Made by a program: the position numbers and the translations under genes | The notes under the pieces: model-generated | Databases searched by the model: none | Told to the model about the DNA's origin: nothing | Seen by the model: only the letters and a program-made list of their open reading frames with translations | Shown here: piece after piece, positions 13,690 to 28,015 of the stretch | How positions within the stretch are numbered: the stretch's first letter is position 1 | How the letters are laid out: each line of letters starts with the position of its first letter | Source of the DNA: Eledone cirrhosa | Lineage: Eukaryota | Assembly: GCA_964016885.1 (NCBI GenBank) | Contig: OZ024757.1 | Span: 16,492,001-16,556,000, forward strand | Length of the DNA: 64,000 nucleotides | Direction: 5' to 3'

Positions 13690-13833
13690 GAGAGCCTGTG
13701 ATGCTGGGACTTAGACAACTAATTGTGTGAGCACTCAATGCATGGGGAGATGCAGAGTGGGTATAGATATAGATAATATCCCGACCGCGGAGCCAGACGA
13801 AACCGCTTGCTGTTGCGGTCATGATTTTTACCA
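13690..13833 (-). mobile_element. Family K element with ACTCTGCAT-CTCCCC-ATGCATTGAGTGCT tail hairpin, abutting (GA)n
   Basis: Homologous to 24630-24757, which ends in (CT)n. Confidence 0.55.
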
Positions 13834-13837
13834 TATA

Positions 13838-13927
<90 letters not shown>

Positions 13928-13933
<6 letters not shown>

Positions 13934-14099
13934 GTGAGGTTTTTTTACAAAATGAAAAATAACCGCGGTGTCCTACACGAGTGAAAGTATAAAGAAAAAT
14001 AGATGAAATCGAAAATGCAACTGAAGTCTTATTTTTTTTTAAATATATATATTTTTTTTAAATAAGACTCCAGTTGCATTTTCGATTTCATCTATTTTC

Positions 14100-14104
<5 letters not shown>
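13928..14104 (-). mobile_element. Family F palindromic element (short fold-back plus tail)
   Basis: Palindrome ~13989-14104 (agatgaaatcgaaaatgcaactg...cagttgcattttcgatttcatct); tail matches 53775-53844. Confidence 0.78.
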
Positions 14105-14149
<45 letters not shown>

Positions 14150-14554
14150 TTGTTTTCCTTCAGCATCAAATAATCACAAAACATTTCAAACCTGAGGCAA
14201 AACTAGAAAAATGTGGCTCTGAATAATAGGCTAGCTGGGTTTACAGAAGGAAATTAAACGACTTACAGCGTTTATAATCTTCGACATATTTTATTTATAT
14301 TTACACAAGAGCAGACATCGATAATCGATGAGTCGATCATAAGATGATATGATGATAGTGTTATAGAATATAACAAGATTTAATATAACGTTGCCTGCAA
14401 GGGGAGATTATTATCGAGTAAAATCTAACACAAATAAATTTTAGACGCTTTCAAAAACAATTTTGTTTATATATATATATATAGTCTCCTTGAACTATAT
14501 ATATATATATATATTGGCAAGGAACAAAACAAAAACAAGGAGCGCAGTACATGT

Positions 14555-14617
<63 letters not shown>

Positions 14618-14782
14618 TACACGGGTGTGTATGATATATATACACAGGTGTGTATAGAAGATTATATTAATAAGAGGAATTCCAACTTTGTCTGATTTAC
14701 TCGTTTTATTTACAATCCTTTAAAATTTATAATGGTATTATAATGAAATAGTATGATAGAATATTAAATGTTAAGTGTTAAT

Positions 14783-14821
14783 TGAACAAGTACTTTCATG
14801 CTTTCGCAATCTTCAGGTTCA
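14783..14821 (-). ncRNA. Minimal type I hammerhead ribozyme motif
   Basis: TGAAC-CTGAAGA-T-TGC-GAAA-GCA-T-GAAA-GTAC-TT-GTTCA: 5-bp stem I, GNRA-capped stem II, 1-bp stem III with palindromic GTAC loop. Confidence 0.72.
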
Positions 14822-15080
14822 TAATGTGTGGTGACAGTCAAGTTTGCAATTTTCAACTGTGTATATATACACACGCACAAATTTATATACCTGTGTGTTT
14901 GCTTACGTGAATGGATATAATTTTTTAAAATTGGATTTTTTGTCTACACAATTGTATTAGATATTTGCGAGACTTGTTTTGGAGCGACCTTTTCTTTTTA
15001 CCTTATTTCCTATCACTTCGTATATATATATATAAGTATATTACCAGGAAAACATATATATGCATATATATATGTATATA

Positions 15081-15177
<97 letters not shown>

Positions 15178-15314
15178 GCAACATGACCCTCCCAAAGTAT
15201 AACAATATATATATATGTTTATATATATACATATATATATATATAAATATATATATATAAATATATATATGTTTATATATATACATATATATATATATAC
15301 ATATATATATATAC

Positions 15315-15382
<68 letters not shown>

Positions 15383-15630
15383 GTATATATATGTATATAT
15401 ATATGTATATACATACATATATATATACATATATTTATATACATATATATATACATATACTTATATATATATACATATATATGTATATATATATATATAC
15501 ATATATATATACGTATATATATATACATATATATATATACATATATATATACATATATATATATACATACATATATATATATACATACATATATATATTA
15601 GTTTATATATATATTTATATATATATATAT

Positions 15631-15707
<77 letters not shown>

Positions 15708-16118
15708 TTTATATATATATATATATTAGTTTATATATATACATATACATATATATATATATATATATTATTTTATATTATATATTATATATTATATATT
15801 ATACTCTACTAATAATATAGATTATGCTATATTTTATTATTTGAATAGGATAAAAAATCTCACCAACTCTTAATCCGCAGATTGAGAAATTTCTGAAATT
15901 GCTTCGTGAATGAGTGTGGTATGGTGGTGGTGGTGGTGGTGGTGCTGGTGTTGCTAGTATTTGTCGTGCTGGTGCTGATGGTGCTGGTGGTCGGGTTTCT
16001 GAACAAATATTAGAACACCAAAGTAATATATGTTATTAAAAACATCGTCCTCGCACCCTCTCGCTCTTTCTCCTGGTATTTCTGCGTATCTCTCTTTTGT
16101 TTCTTTGTTTTCATATCA

Positions 16119-16234
<116 letters not shown>

Positions 16235-16243
16235 GGTGTGTGT

Positions 16244-16400
16244 GTAAAAGGTAAACAGAAATAACAACACAATCGGTACAGCATATGGAAGGTATATATT
16301 AGGTTAACGCTTGTTATAGCAGGAAGAGGGTCTTAGCGTTTCGGTCGCTAGTCCTTCGTCAGAAGAAAGAATGAGAAATAAGATAGATTGAGGGCACGGG
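16244..16400 (-). mobile_element. Family I element with minimal hammerhead (16331-16366), 3' end at (CA)n
   Basis: TCTT-CTGACGA-AGGACTAGCGACC-GAAACGCT-AAGA; homologous to 52640-52818. Confidence 0.68.
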
Positions 16401-17014
16401 CGAGATGGAATTGGAAAAAATGTCTTTAGATAAAAGTAACAGTTCCACTCATGTTGACATCTCTTGATCTGTTTCTCGTCATCTCTCTCCTTCATTCTTA
16501 CCTTCATCCTCTTCTCTCTCTCCTTCTATCACTGTCTTCTCCACATCCTCTTTCTAATGTTTTCTTCCCACCACAATTCTTCGCCTTCTCTTTCTCTTTT
16601 CCCTGTCGTTAGTCACAAGATCCTTGTGTAAATTTAAGGTTGATTTTTTTTCTTGCTAATAATCTCCGTCCCCCGCTATGATGCTGTGCTGCAACAGCAG
16701 AGGCTATTCATAGATACAATACAATAAATACGTGATGACCAAATATCTAAGCAGACTATGGTATATAACTTTGTAAGACGTATGAATTCATGTATTAACG
16801 TGGAAACGTTCGGAGAAGTGCTACAGATAAAATGCTAAGTTAATGGAATGTTTTAATACCAACATATTGGTTCACTGCATCAAGCTTCTCATCTCGACTA
16901 GCGTCAGATATCCGTACACTCAGAAAGAGGCCACACTGCTAGTTCATTTTCTAGATACATCTGGAATGTATGGGATAAAAATATATATATCAGGAAATAT
17001 CAGCTTCATCGGTG

Positions 17015-17590
17015 GACGGTAGAACAAGTGTGAGCCTGCGGTAATTGTTCCAGATGAAATGATCTCTGTCTCATTGTTGAAACCTGAGCAGATCCATTCT
17101 TTTCCAACTCACCGCTCAAATGATACAGGATGGACTCGGCTAAAAGAAACTCAAACATTGTATTGATTAAAACCATATAATGTCTTAAGAAAAAAATCAC
17201 ATAACAAAAATAGAACGAGTGTGAGCCTACGGTAATTGCTCCAGATGATATGATCTCTGTCTCATTGTTGAAACCGAAGCGGGTCCTTTCCTTTCCAATT
17301 TATCGCTCAAATACTACAGGGTGGACTCGGTTCAAGAAACTCAAGACATTGCATTTAAAGCCATATAATGTCTTGAGGAAAAATCACATAATAAAAATAG
17401 AACAAGCGTGAGCCTAGGGTAATTGTTCCAGCTGGTATGATCTCTGTCTCATTGTTGAAACCGAAGCAGTTCCATTCATTTCCAACTCACCGCTCAAATA
17501 CGAGTATTACAAGATGGACTCTGCTAAAGAAACCCAAGACGTTGTATTTACATCCATATAATGTCTTGAGAATAAAATAATATAACAAAG
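17015..17590. repeat. ~190-bp tandem repeat, 3 diverged copies
   Basis: agaacaagtgtgagcct...gatctctgtctcattgttgaaacc...ccatataatgtctt recurs at ~17021, ~17212, ~17400. Confidence 0.9.
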
Positions 17591-17844
17591 GTTATAAAAA
17601 AAAAACGAAATAATAACAAAAATAATGAAATAATAATAGAATTAATAAAGTAAATAAAAATAGCAAAACAAAGGTAAAAATAGCAAAAACAATATGAAAA
17701 TTAAAACATGGTTTAAAAGAAAACGAAAACCGACTTCTATGGAATCAGCATTTTGTCTGAAATTATCTGTAGCTTCTTTTATCGTTTGGTTGGCAAACTA
17801 CACCAATTACATTGGTCTAAAGTTATCTCTTTCGTCTTTTTGTG

Positions 17845-19170
17845 GATGGTGTGATGTGGTAGGTGGAAGTGTGACTGTTTATGTGTGTGTGGGATGTGTG
17901 TGGTGTATGTATATGTTGTTGTGTGGTGGCTGATACTGAGTGTGTTTATGTGAGTGTTTATGCGTGTGTGATGTGGTAGGTGGTAGTGTGAGTGTTTATG
18001 TGTGTGTGGTGTATGTATATGTTGTTGTGTAGTGGCTGATACTGAGTGTGTTTATGTGAGTGTTTATGCGTGTGTGATGTGGTAGGTGGTAGTGTGAGTA
18101 TTTATGTGTGTGTGTGTGGGATGTGTGTGGTGTATGTATATGTTGTTGTGTGGTAGCTGATAGTGAGTGTGTTTATGTGAGTGTTTATGCGTGTGTGGGA
18201 TGTGGTAGGTGGTAGTGTGAGTGTTTATGTGTGTGTGTGGTGTATGTATATGTTGTTGTGTGGTGAATAATAGTGTGTGTATTTATGTGTGTGTGATGTG
18301 GTAGGTGGTAGTGTGAGTGTATATGCGTGTGTGGTGTATGTATATGTAGTTCTCTGGTGGGTAGTAGTGTGTGTGTTTATGAGTGATGTGTGTGTGTGTG
18401 TGTGATGCGTCTGTGTATAATGTGATGTGGTGTGTAGTAGTGTGTGTGTGTTTATGTGTATGTGTGTGGTGTCTGTGTGCGGTGTGTCTGTATATGTAGT
18501 TGTGTGGTGAAAGGTAGTGTGTGTATGTTTATGTGTGTATATATGTGTGTGGTGCGTCTGTATATGTAGCTGTTTGGTGGTAGTGTGTGTGTCTTTATGT
18601 GTGTGGTATGTCTGTATATGTAGCTGTGTGGTGGGTGACAGTGTGTGGGATATGTTTATATGTGTGTGTGTATGTGTGTGTGTATGTTTATATGTTTATA
18701 TGCGTGTGTGTTTGTTTATGTGTGCGTGGTGTATGATGTGAGGTAGTATGTGTGTGTGAATGTCATGTTGTCGGTGTTTATGTATGTGTGTGTGTGTGTA
18801 AGTGCCTGTCTGTATATGTAGTGAGTGTGTGGGCGTGTGGTGCTTTGTGTGAGTGTCTTTGTATGTTTGTATGTGTGTATGTGTGTATTATGTGTGGGGG
18901 AGGGGGTGCAGTGCGTATGGGTGTGCCTTTGTATGTGTACGTTCATGAATGACTGTCTTAGTGTGTATGTGTATGTATGAGTGACTATGTGTGGATGCTT
19001 GCCTGTATATGTATATATATATATATATATATTGTGTGTGTGTATGTGTTGAGTGGTATGTGTGTGCTGTTGTATGTGTACATGTTGAGTGTCTCCCTCG
19101 GTGTCTGTGTGTGTTTATGTATGTCTGAGTGTGTGTGTATGTATATGTGTTGTTCATCTGTCCTACTCTG
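17845..19170. repeat. TG-rich low-complexity array with ~105-bp internal periodicity in its first half
   Basis: gatgtggtaggtggtagtgtgag...gtgtatgtatatgttgttgtg recurs. Confidence 0.8.
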
Positions 19171-19174
19171 ATAG

Positions 19175-19267
<93 letters not shown>

Positions 19268-19324
19268 CTTCACTTTCTTCTATACTTCACGCCTAGTGTT
19301 TGTGTTTCCTATACACACACACAC

Positions 19325-19357
<33 letters not shown>

Positions 19358-19383
19358 CATATATATATACATATATTATATAC

Positions 19384-19427
<44 letters not shown>

Positions 19428-19505
19428 CATATGTGTGTATTTGCGTATAGGTTTCTATGCTTGTGTGTTTGTGTCTGTGGGTGTATACAAGTATGCGTAT
19501 ATTTG

Positions 19506-19536
<31 letters not shown>

Positions 19537-19600
19537 GCATGTATATATATATATATACATATATATATGAATAAATATATATGTATATATATATATATAC

Positions 19601-19648
<48 letters not shown>

Positions 19649-19684
19649 GTTTGTATATATATATATGTATATATATACATATAC

Positions 19685-19728
<44 letters not shown>

Positions 19729-19766
19729 GTTTGTATATATATATATATATATACATACATATATAA

Positions 19767-19800
<34 letters not shown>

Positions 19801-19988
19801 GTGTGTGTATGTGTGTGTGTATATATATATATATATAAATATGTCTATAAATGGCGTTTGCTTCTATTCTCTAGAGAAGCTCATAAAATATAGAAATGAC
19901 GAAACTCTAACTTTTGTTTTAATATATATTTCTGCCTCGTTGTTTTTGTTGTTGTATTTGACACTTGATAAATAACAATACCTCAGCC

Positions 19989-20022
<34 letters not shown>

Positions 20023-20154
20023 TGACGATAGTAACAACAACTGCCATAAAATCAATAACAACAGCAGCAGCAATTACATTGATAAAGGTAACAGTGAACA
20101 CTATAACATTAATAATAACAAAAAATGATTACATTAATAACAACGGTAATAATA

Positions 20155-20660
20155 ATTGTTTCTTCTATAGGCACAAGGCCAGCAATTTTTTTTTTTTTTT
20201 TTTTTTGCGGCGAGGGAGGTGGGGGTGTCGATTAAATCCACCCCAGTGCGTGACTGGTACTTTATTTTATCGACCCCGTAAGGATGAAAGGCAAAGTTAA
20301 CCTCGGCGGGATGTGAACTCAGAACGTAAAGGGCCATAACTATGTGCTGCATGAGAAATGAGAATAATAATGGTTTCTACTATAGAAAAAGAAGAAGGCT
20401 GATGAGGGGAGGAAGGGAAGGATCATAAAGGGTCACAACTCTATGAGGCAAAGCATGGCGTCCGACCCTCTACCGATACTGCCAATCCACCGCCCTCAAC
20501 AATGATAATAATAATTCTTTCTACTGTTGGCACAAGGCCAGCAATTACGCAGTGTATTACTGGTACTTTATTTTATCGACCCCGTAAGGATGAAAGGCAA
20601 AGTCAACCTCGGCGGGATTTGAAGTCAGACCATAAAGGGACGTAACTATGTTGGAAACAT
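20155..20660 (-). mobile_element. Cluster of SINE copies and fragments
   Basis: Main SINE family core and tail at ~20155-20352 and ~20512-20655, head at ~20430-20497. Confidence 0.8.
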
Positions 20661-20759
20661 CCAAAGTTAATAATAATAATAATAACATTTAACTGCAATA
20701 ACCACAATAACAATATCAACAACAACAACAACAACAACAACAAACATAACAGTAACAAT

Positions 20760-22485
20760 TGTAACAACAACAACAGCAGCTAATACTAGTCATAACAACA
20801 ACAACAACAACAACAACAACAGCTAATACTACAGTCATAACAACAACAACAACCATAACAATTATGACAACAACAACAACAGCTAATACTACAGTCATAA
20901 CAACAACAACAACAACCATAACAATTATGACAACAACAGCTAATACTACAGTCATAACAATAACAACAACAACAACAGCAGCTAATACTACAGTCATAAC
21001 AATAACAACAACAACAACAACAGCTAATACTACAGTCATAACAATAACAACAACAACAACAACAGCTAATACTACAGTCATAACAATAACAACAACAACA
21101 ACAGCAGCTAATACTACAGTCATAACAACAACAACAACCATAACAATTATGACAACAGCAACAGCAGCTAATACTACAGTCATAACAACAACAACAACCA
21201 TAACAATTATGACAACAACAACAACAGCTAATACTACAGTCATGACAATAACAACAACAACAACAGCAGCTAATACTACAGTCATAACAATAACAACAAC
21301 AACAACAACAGCTAATACTACAGTCATAACAATAACAACAACAACAACAGCAGCTAATACTACAGTCATAACAATAACAACAACAACAACAGCAGCTAAT
21401 ACTACACTCATAACAATAACAACAACAACAACAGCAGCTAATACTACAATCATAACAATAACAACAACAACAACAGCTAATACTACAGTCATAACAATAA
21501 CAACAACAACAACAACAACAGCTAATACTACAGTCATAACAATAACAACAACAACAACAACAGCTAATACTACAGTCATAACAATAACAACAACAACAAC
21601 AACAGCTAATACTACACTCATAACAATAACAACAACAACAACAGCAACTAATACTACAGTCATAACAATAACAACAACAACAACAGCAGCTAATACTACA
21701 GTCATAACAATAACAACAACAACAACAGCAGCTAATACTACAGTCATAACAATAACAACAACAACAACAACAGCTAATACTACAGTCATAACAATAACAA
21801 CAACAACAACAACAGCTAATACTACAGTCATAACAATAACAACAACAACAACAACAGCTAATACTACAGTCATAACAATAACAACAACAACAACAGCAGC
21901 TAATACTACAGTCATAACAATAACAACAACAACAACAGCAGCTAATACTACACTCATAACAATAACAACAACAACAACAGCAGCTAATACTACAGTCATA
22001 ACAATAACAACAACAACAACAGCAGCTAATACTACAGTCATAACAATAACAACAACAACAACAGCAGCTAATACTACACTCATAACAATAACAACAACAA
22101 CAACAGCAGCTAATACTACAGTCATAACAATAACAACAACAACAACAGCAGCTAATACTACAGTCATAACAATAACAACAACAACAACAACAGCTAATAC
22201 TACAATCATAACAATAACAACAACAACAACAACAGCTAATACTACAGTCATAACAATAACAACAACAACAGCAGCTAATACTACAATCATAACAATAACA
22301 ACAACAACAACAGCAGCTAATACTACAGTCATAACAATAACAACAACAACAACAACAGCTAATACTACAGTCATAACAATAACAACAACAACAACAGCAG
22401 CTAGTACTACACTCATAACAATAACAACAACAACAGCAGCTAATACTACAGTCATAACAATAACAACAATAACAACAACACCATA
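20760..22485. repeat. 42-bp (AAC)n-derived minisatellite (~40 copies)
   Basis: Unit gctaatactacagtcataacaataacaacaacaacaacagca; 21731 to 22151 = 10 x 42. Confidence 0.95.
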
Positions 22486-22504
22486 ACATTAAAAATAATA
22501 ATAA

Positions 22505-22705
22505 TTGTTTTTTTATATAGGCACAAGGCCAGCAATTTTTTTTTTTTTTTTTTTGTGAGGGAAGTCGATTAAATCGACCTCAGTGCATTACTGGTACTTT
22601 ATTTTATCGACCCCCGTAGGGACGAAAGACAAAACTAACCTCGGCGGGATTTGAACTCAGAACGTAAAGGGTCGTAACTCTATGCCGTAAAGTATGTTGT
22701 CCGAT
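22505..22705 (-). mobile_element. tRNA-derived SINE
   Basis: B box, core and tail. Confidence 0.8.
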
Positions 22706-22844
22706 GTATAATAATAATAAATACAAGGTAACATTTAAAGTAAATTTTACCGTCCAATTCCCATTGTCTTAGCCTTCTTAAAACTTATCATTTTTCTACG
22801 TTATAAACTCCTACTGCAATCTCTCTTCTGCACCCAACATATTC

Positions 22845-23310
22845 CTGAGAAGGTCGTGGGGGAAGAGTCCTCAAACACTCCTTCCAGAGGGTCCTGTCAG
22901 AAGCAACCGTCTCCAACTGATCCAGCTGGATCCCTGAGTGTGACCAGCCAAGCTCATCGATGTAATCCAACCATCTTGCTCGGGTTCTACCCCTGGATCT
23001 CCTGCAATTCTTTCCTGAGACATTCTAGCCAGATGCCCATAGTATCGGAACTGTGATCCCTCAATTCAGAGAAATAGCGGGTCTACCTGGAGTGACTCTC
23101 TGATCTCCAAACTACGCACTTTATTGAATAATGTTACTCCAAAGACCCTTCGGATGAACCCCGTTTTGGCTGCTTGTATTCCCGATCGTATTCTTTAAGT
23201 CATTACCCAAGATTCATGACCATCGGTATGGGCTGGCATGAATACCGAATTTAAGATAGAGATTTTGCCTTTTACGCCTACCTCCCTGATCAATAATCTT
23301 TCAGAGTCTA
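22845..23310 (-). mobile_element. RTE-clade LINE, post-RT region (decayed)
   Basis: Manual translation: AKISILNSVFMP..GHESWVMT..IQAA..FIRRVFGVTL..KVRSLEIRESLQV..YYGHLARM; then MDYIDELGWS...DRTLWK. Confidence 0.8.
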
Positions 23311-23769
23311 TGTATAGTAAATATTTAGTGACCAATTGTTAGGAAACTAGGAAACTCATTGGCTGTATTTAATAATAGCATTTTCAACTGCATACTAAAA
23401 ACTACAAAAACAACAATAGAAATAGCAACAACAACAATAGCGGCAGCAGCAGCAGCTGCTGTAGACTCAGATACAAAGGATAACAACAACAATAACAACA
23501 ACAACAACATGAAGAAGTTTAAGAAGAAAAAGTTTAATTATACTTTAACTGAAGATCTGAATTTTTTTTTTATTTTTTTTTTCTTACAACTATAAATATT
23601 TCGTAGTTATTAATTATAAAACAACGTGGCTGACTTTAAAATTGCTCGTAAAATACTCGGCTTCAACAACAGTAACTACAACAATAACAGCAGCAACAAT
23701 AATTATTTCTAATTTAGGCAGAAGTCAATTTGGTGGAGGGCGGGGTCAATTGATTTAACGGGAGAGTTG

Positions 23770-24270
23770 ACAGTACGTACCATTGTTGACTTCCACATTG
23801 AATAGTCTCGACTTAGGACCATATACCCGAACACAAATACTAGGGCATTCGTATAGAGATATTGACCCCATACCCCCATACTCCTGCAGAATCATCCACA
23901 GCAAATTCAGTGGAACGTGGTCTAATGCCTTTTTGTGTTCTACGAAAATAGCATAACCTCTTGGCAGTACTTCCACGATTTCTAAAAGACCTGCCACAGT
24001 GTCAATATTTAGTCGGCTGTTCTGTGTCCGGGGCGAAAACCTCACTATTTGTCTGTTAACTTGAAATCGAAAATCTTCCTACATCTTTTTGCTTAACACT
24101 TGGCATAGACTTTACTGGGAAGGCTTAACAAGGTGAACCCTCTATAAATAGAGCAATCTTTCTTGTCTCCTTTTTGAAAATTGAAGTTATCGCTCCAAAA
24201 TTGCCATTGCTTAGGCATCTTTCTAGAGATCCAGGCCACCCGGCACTTCTAGCATTACTGCCATTAGTAA
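23770..24270 (-). mobile_element. RTE-clade LINE RT N-terminal part (decayed)
   Basis: KGDKKDCSIYRGFTLLSLPSKVY..GFRPGH..FVEHKKALDHVPLNLLWMILQEYG. Confidence 0.8.
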
Positions 24271-24271
24271 A

Positions 24272-24316
<45 letters not shown>

Positions 24317-24466
24317 ATACATTAACAGAGAAAGCTTTAAGCAATACTCCGACTGGCTTCCATCTCACTCAACAAACATTAGGATATACCTTAGTATAAT
24401 CCCAATTATGTTTGGGGTGCTAACTATATGTATTTTGCGGATAGCCAGTTGTATTAATTTATATGA

Positions 24467-24585
<119 letters not shown>

Positions 24586-24629
24586 ATATATGTATATATA
24601 TAATAGATAGACAGAGAGGGAGAGACAGA

Positions 24630-24757
24630 GAGATGTAAAATCCGGATGTCGGCCCCAAGCGGTCACGATTTTACATATCTCTATAGCCCTCTGCATCTCC
24701 CCATGCATTGAGTACTCCCAGGCTTAGTGGACTCCCCGGTCAGAGCAGCGCAGATTC
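24630..24757 (+). mobile_element. Family K element ending in (CT)n
   Basis: ctctgcatctccccatgcattgagtact shared with 13690-13833. Confidence 0.55.
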
Positions 24758-24826
24758 TCTCTCTCTCTCTCTCTCTCTCTCCCCCTCTCTCTCTCTCTCT
24801 CCCTCTTTCTCTCTCTCTCTCTCTCC

Positions 24827-24874
<48 letters not shown>

Positions 24875-24892
24875 TGTGTATATATATATATA

Positions 24893-25274
24893 TATACGAT
24901 ATTAATAAATGGAAACTATATTTATAAAACCATATTTATTTCATTATACATATTTCAGGGATACCACATTAAATTATGGTATGCCTTCATCAGACAAAAT
25001 ACAATATATAACAGTTTTACAAATAGCTTTGACGTACCCTTTTAAAATACAACCATCACTTTTGGATGCTGTCTGGATATTGTATTTTGTCTGATGAAGG
25101 CATACCATAATATAATGTGGTATCCCTGAAATATGTATAATGAAATAAATATGGTTTTATAAATATAGTTTCCATTTATTAATATCGTATATCTACTCCA
25201 AAACTTGTCGAGTGCTTTATATCAGTTATAAAAATATTTACTTGTTGTATCCCAACAACTTTAAATAGAACTTT

Positions 25275-25277
<3 letters not shown>
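24893..25277 (+). mobile_element. Family C palindromic element with paired hammerheads and 3' tail
   Basis: Arms ~24893-25007/25078-25192, ~70 nt spacer, tail 25193-25277 into (TA)n. Confidence 0.82.
25084..25146 (+). ncRNA. Type I hammerhead ribozyme motif (family C); mirror copy on minus strand at ~24937-25000
   Basis: ATTTTGT-CTGATGA-AGGCATACCATA-ATATAA-TGTGGTATCCCT-GAAAT-ATGT-ATA-ATGAAAT. Confidence 0.72.
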
Positions 25278-25372
<95 letters not shown>

Positions 25373-25615
25373 AAATACTTTTATAAAAATATATCATTTA
25401 TTTTCACTAGCTCTGACAGTTGGCAGGTAAACAGTATACGATACTGGGTAATCACCCAGAAACATTACTGTCTGCCGTTCTGTTTATATGACAACACAAG
25501 AGCAAGAATGAAGGGTTCATTCTAAAGACATGGCTTAAAGAGGCTTTTCTCATAATTGTAAACGAATCGAATATTATTATTAATATTCGAAAAACTCAGA
25601 TTTACATTTTATATG

Positions 25616-25677
<62 letters not shown>

Positions 25678-25684
25678 ACTGTTG

Positions 25685-25725
<41 letters not shown>

Positions 25726-25727
<2 letters not shown>

Positions 25728-25841
25728 CGAACGAGGTGAGGTAAGGAACCAGATGGACCATAACGCACCAGAATACTCAATAGTCCAGAAATAGCCGTCG
25801 AAACGGCTTGAGCTCTGCCGTCGGGGTCTAACATTTTCCTA
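25726..25841. mobile_element. Family B element, internally deleted
   Basis: Tail joined directly to the inverted arm. Confidence 0.72.
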
Positions 25842-26619
25842 TATATATATGTGTGTGTGTGTGTGCGTGTGCGTGTGTGTGTGTGTGTGTTTCTATGTAT
25901 GTATGCACGTATATATATATATATATATATTGTGCGATGGTGAAGAAAACAGGTCAAAATTTGCTCTAAAGACTAACTTATCTTCAACTGTGTCCAGTTT
26001 AATGTGCCAACGCCCTGGGGGCGGGGGGGGGAGTTCATTAAATGGAGTGATTTAATTAGAAAGACTTGCTTAACGTCTATCTGTTCAACTGATAATTAGA
26101 TTAAAATAGAAGCTCCGTCCTCACAGCCAATAATATGGGGGGGGGGGGGATATAGGATGTATACCTTGCTTCATCGATTGAATATGTGTGTGTGTATAAC
26201 TATGTGTGTATATATATGTGTGTATGTGTGTGTCTGTGTCTTTGTCTGTGCGTTTGTCTATTTGTGTATGTGTATCTGTGTGTGTATGTGTGTGCGTGCG
26301 TTTGCATGTGTGTATGTGTCTGTATGTGTGTATGTGTCTGTGTTTGCGTCTCTGTGTCTGTGTATGTGTATCTGTCGGTAATTGTGTGTGGGCGTGTGTC
26401 TGTGTATGTGTGTTTGCGTCTGCATGTGTGTGTCTGTGTGTATGGGTGTGTATATGTATGTATGTGTCAGGCGTGTGTGTATATGTGTGTCTGTGTGTGT
26501 GTATGTGAGTGTGTATGTGTGTTTGTGTATGTCTGTGGGTGTGTTTCTATGTATGGTTCTATATCACAAGCACATAAATAAATACATACACATACGCACA
26601 AACACATATAACTGAATGT

Positions 26620-26715
26620 TCGAGAGTCGGCTGAAAAGTTCATAGGCCAGCCAAGTTTTGACCAAATGAGGTTTTATTTACAACATAGTCCCTGGAAAGA
26701 AATAATGCAGTTATT
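26620..26715 (+). mobile_element. Mariner-like terminal fragment
   Basis: cgagagtcggctgaaaagttcata, shared with 57233 (tacgagggtcggctgaaaagttcata) and 58721. Confidence 0.55.
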
Positions 26716-26741
26716 ATATATGCACACACACATACGTACAA

Positions 26742-26795
<54 letters not shown>

Positions 26796-26843
26796 TATAT
26801 AATATATATACATATATATATTTATATAATATATATATATATA

Positions 26844-26923
<80 letters not shown>

Positions 26924-26979
26924 ATATATATATATATTTATATAATATATAATACATATTTATATATATATATATATAT

Positions 26980-27536
26980 ATAATGAAATGACAGGAGGCT
27001 GGATTTGTGTAAATCCTTGAAAGGTTTATTATACTATGATCATTTCAATGACCGGGTTCCGTGTGAATCCGGTGATATCATCAGGTATTCGAAATATAAT
27101 ACGTGAATGTAATAGGTAAAATCCATGGGGCTGAAAATCGAGACCCGAGGGCGACCGCTATTCTGTTCTTTCAACCTCAGCCGGTCACCCTGGAGGGTTG
27201 AAGGAACAGAATAGCGGTCGCCCTCGGGTCTCGATTTTCAGCCCCATGGATTTTACCTATTACATTCACGTATTATATTTCGAATACATGATGATATCAC
27301 CGGATTCACACGGAACCCGGTCATTGAAATGATCATAGTATAATAAACCTTTCAAGGATTTACACAAATCCAGCCTCCTGTCATTTCATTATAATATTTA
27401 ACTCCGTAATAGCACCACCAACTACAAAAACAAAGACGGTTGAACTGCTTTACGTTGAGTACTCTCTATATTATTGCATTACGATTGACAATACGGAATA
27501 GACCAGCTCTATACAGTGGTGAACCTCAAACCTGAA
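26980..27536 (+). mobile_element. Family D palindromic element (~200-bp near-perfect arms plus ~140-bp tail)
   Basis: Arms ~26980-27176/27196-27393; tail 27394-27536; flanked by (TA)n. Confidence 0.85.
27031..27088 (-). ncRNA. Type I hammerhead ribozyme motif (family D); plus-strand twin 27284-27341 has C3A
   Basis: ATAC-CTGATGA-T-ATCACCGG-ATTCACACGGAAC-CCGGTCAT-T-GAAA-TGATCA-TA-GTAT; palindromic ATGATCAT in stem III. Confidence 0.72.
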
Positions 27537-27563
27537 TATATATATATATATATATAATATATA

Positions 27564-27674
<111 letters not shown>

Positions 27675-27786
27675 CATATATATATATATATAATATATAT
27701 ATTTATAATATTTATATATATATATATTAAATATATATATAATATATATATATATTTTATATATATAAAATATATATATATATATT

Positions 27787-27887
<101 letters not shown>

Positions 27888-27889
27888 GT

Positions 27890-28015
<126 letters not shown>

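Noticed and set aside
20716-22489. Cys-rich, Thr-rich and Val-rich 540-579 aa ORFs
   Set aside because: Translations of a 42-bp (AAC)n-derived minisatellite
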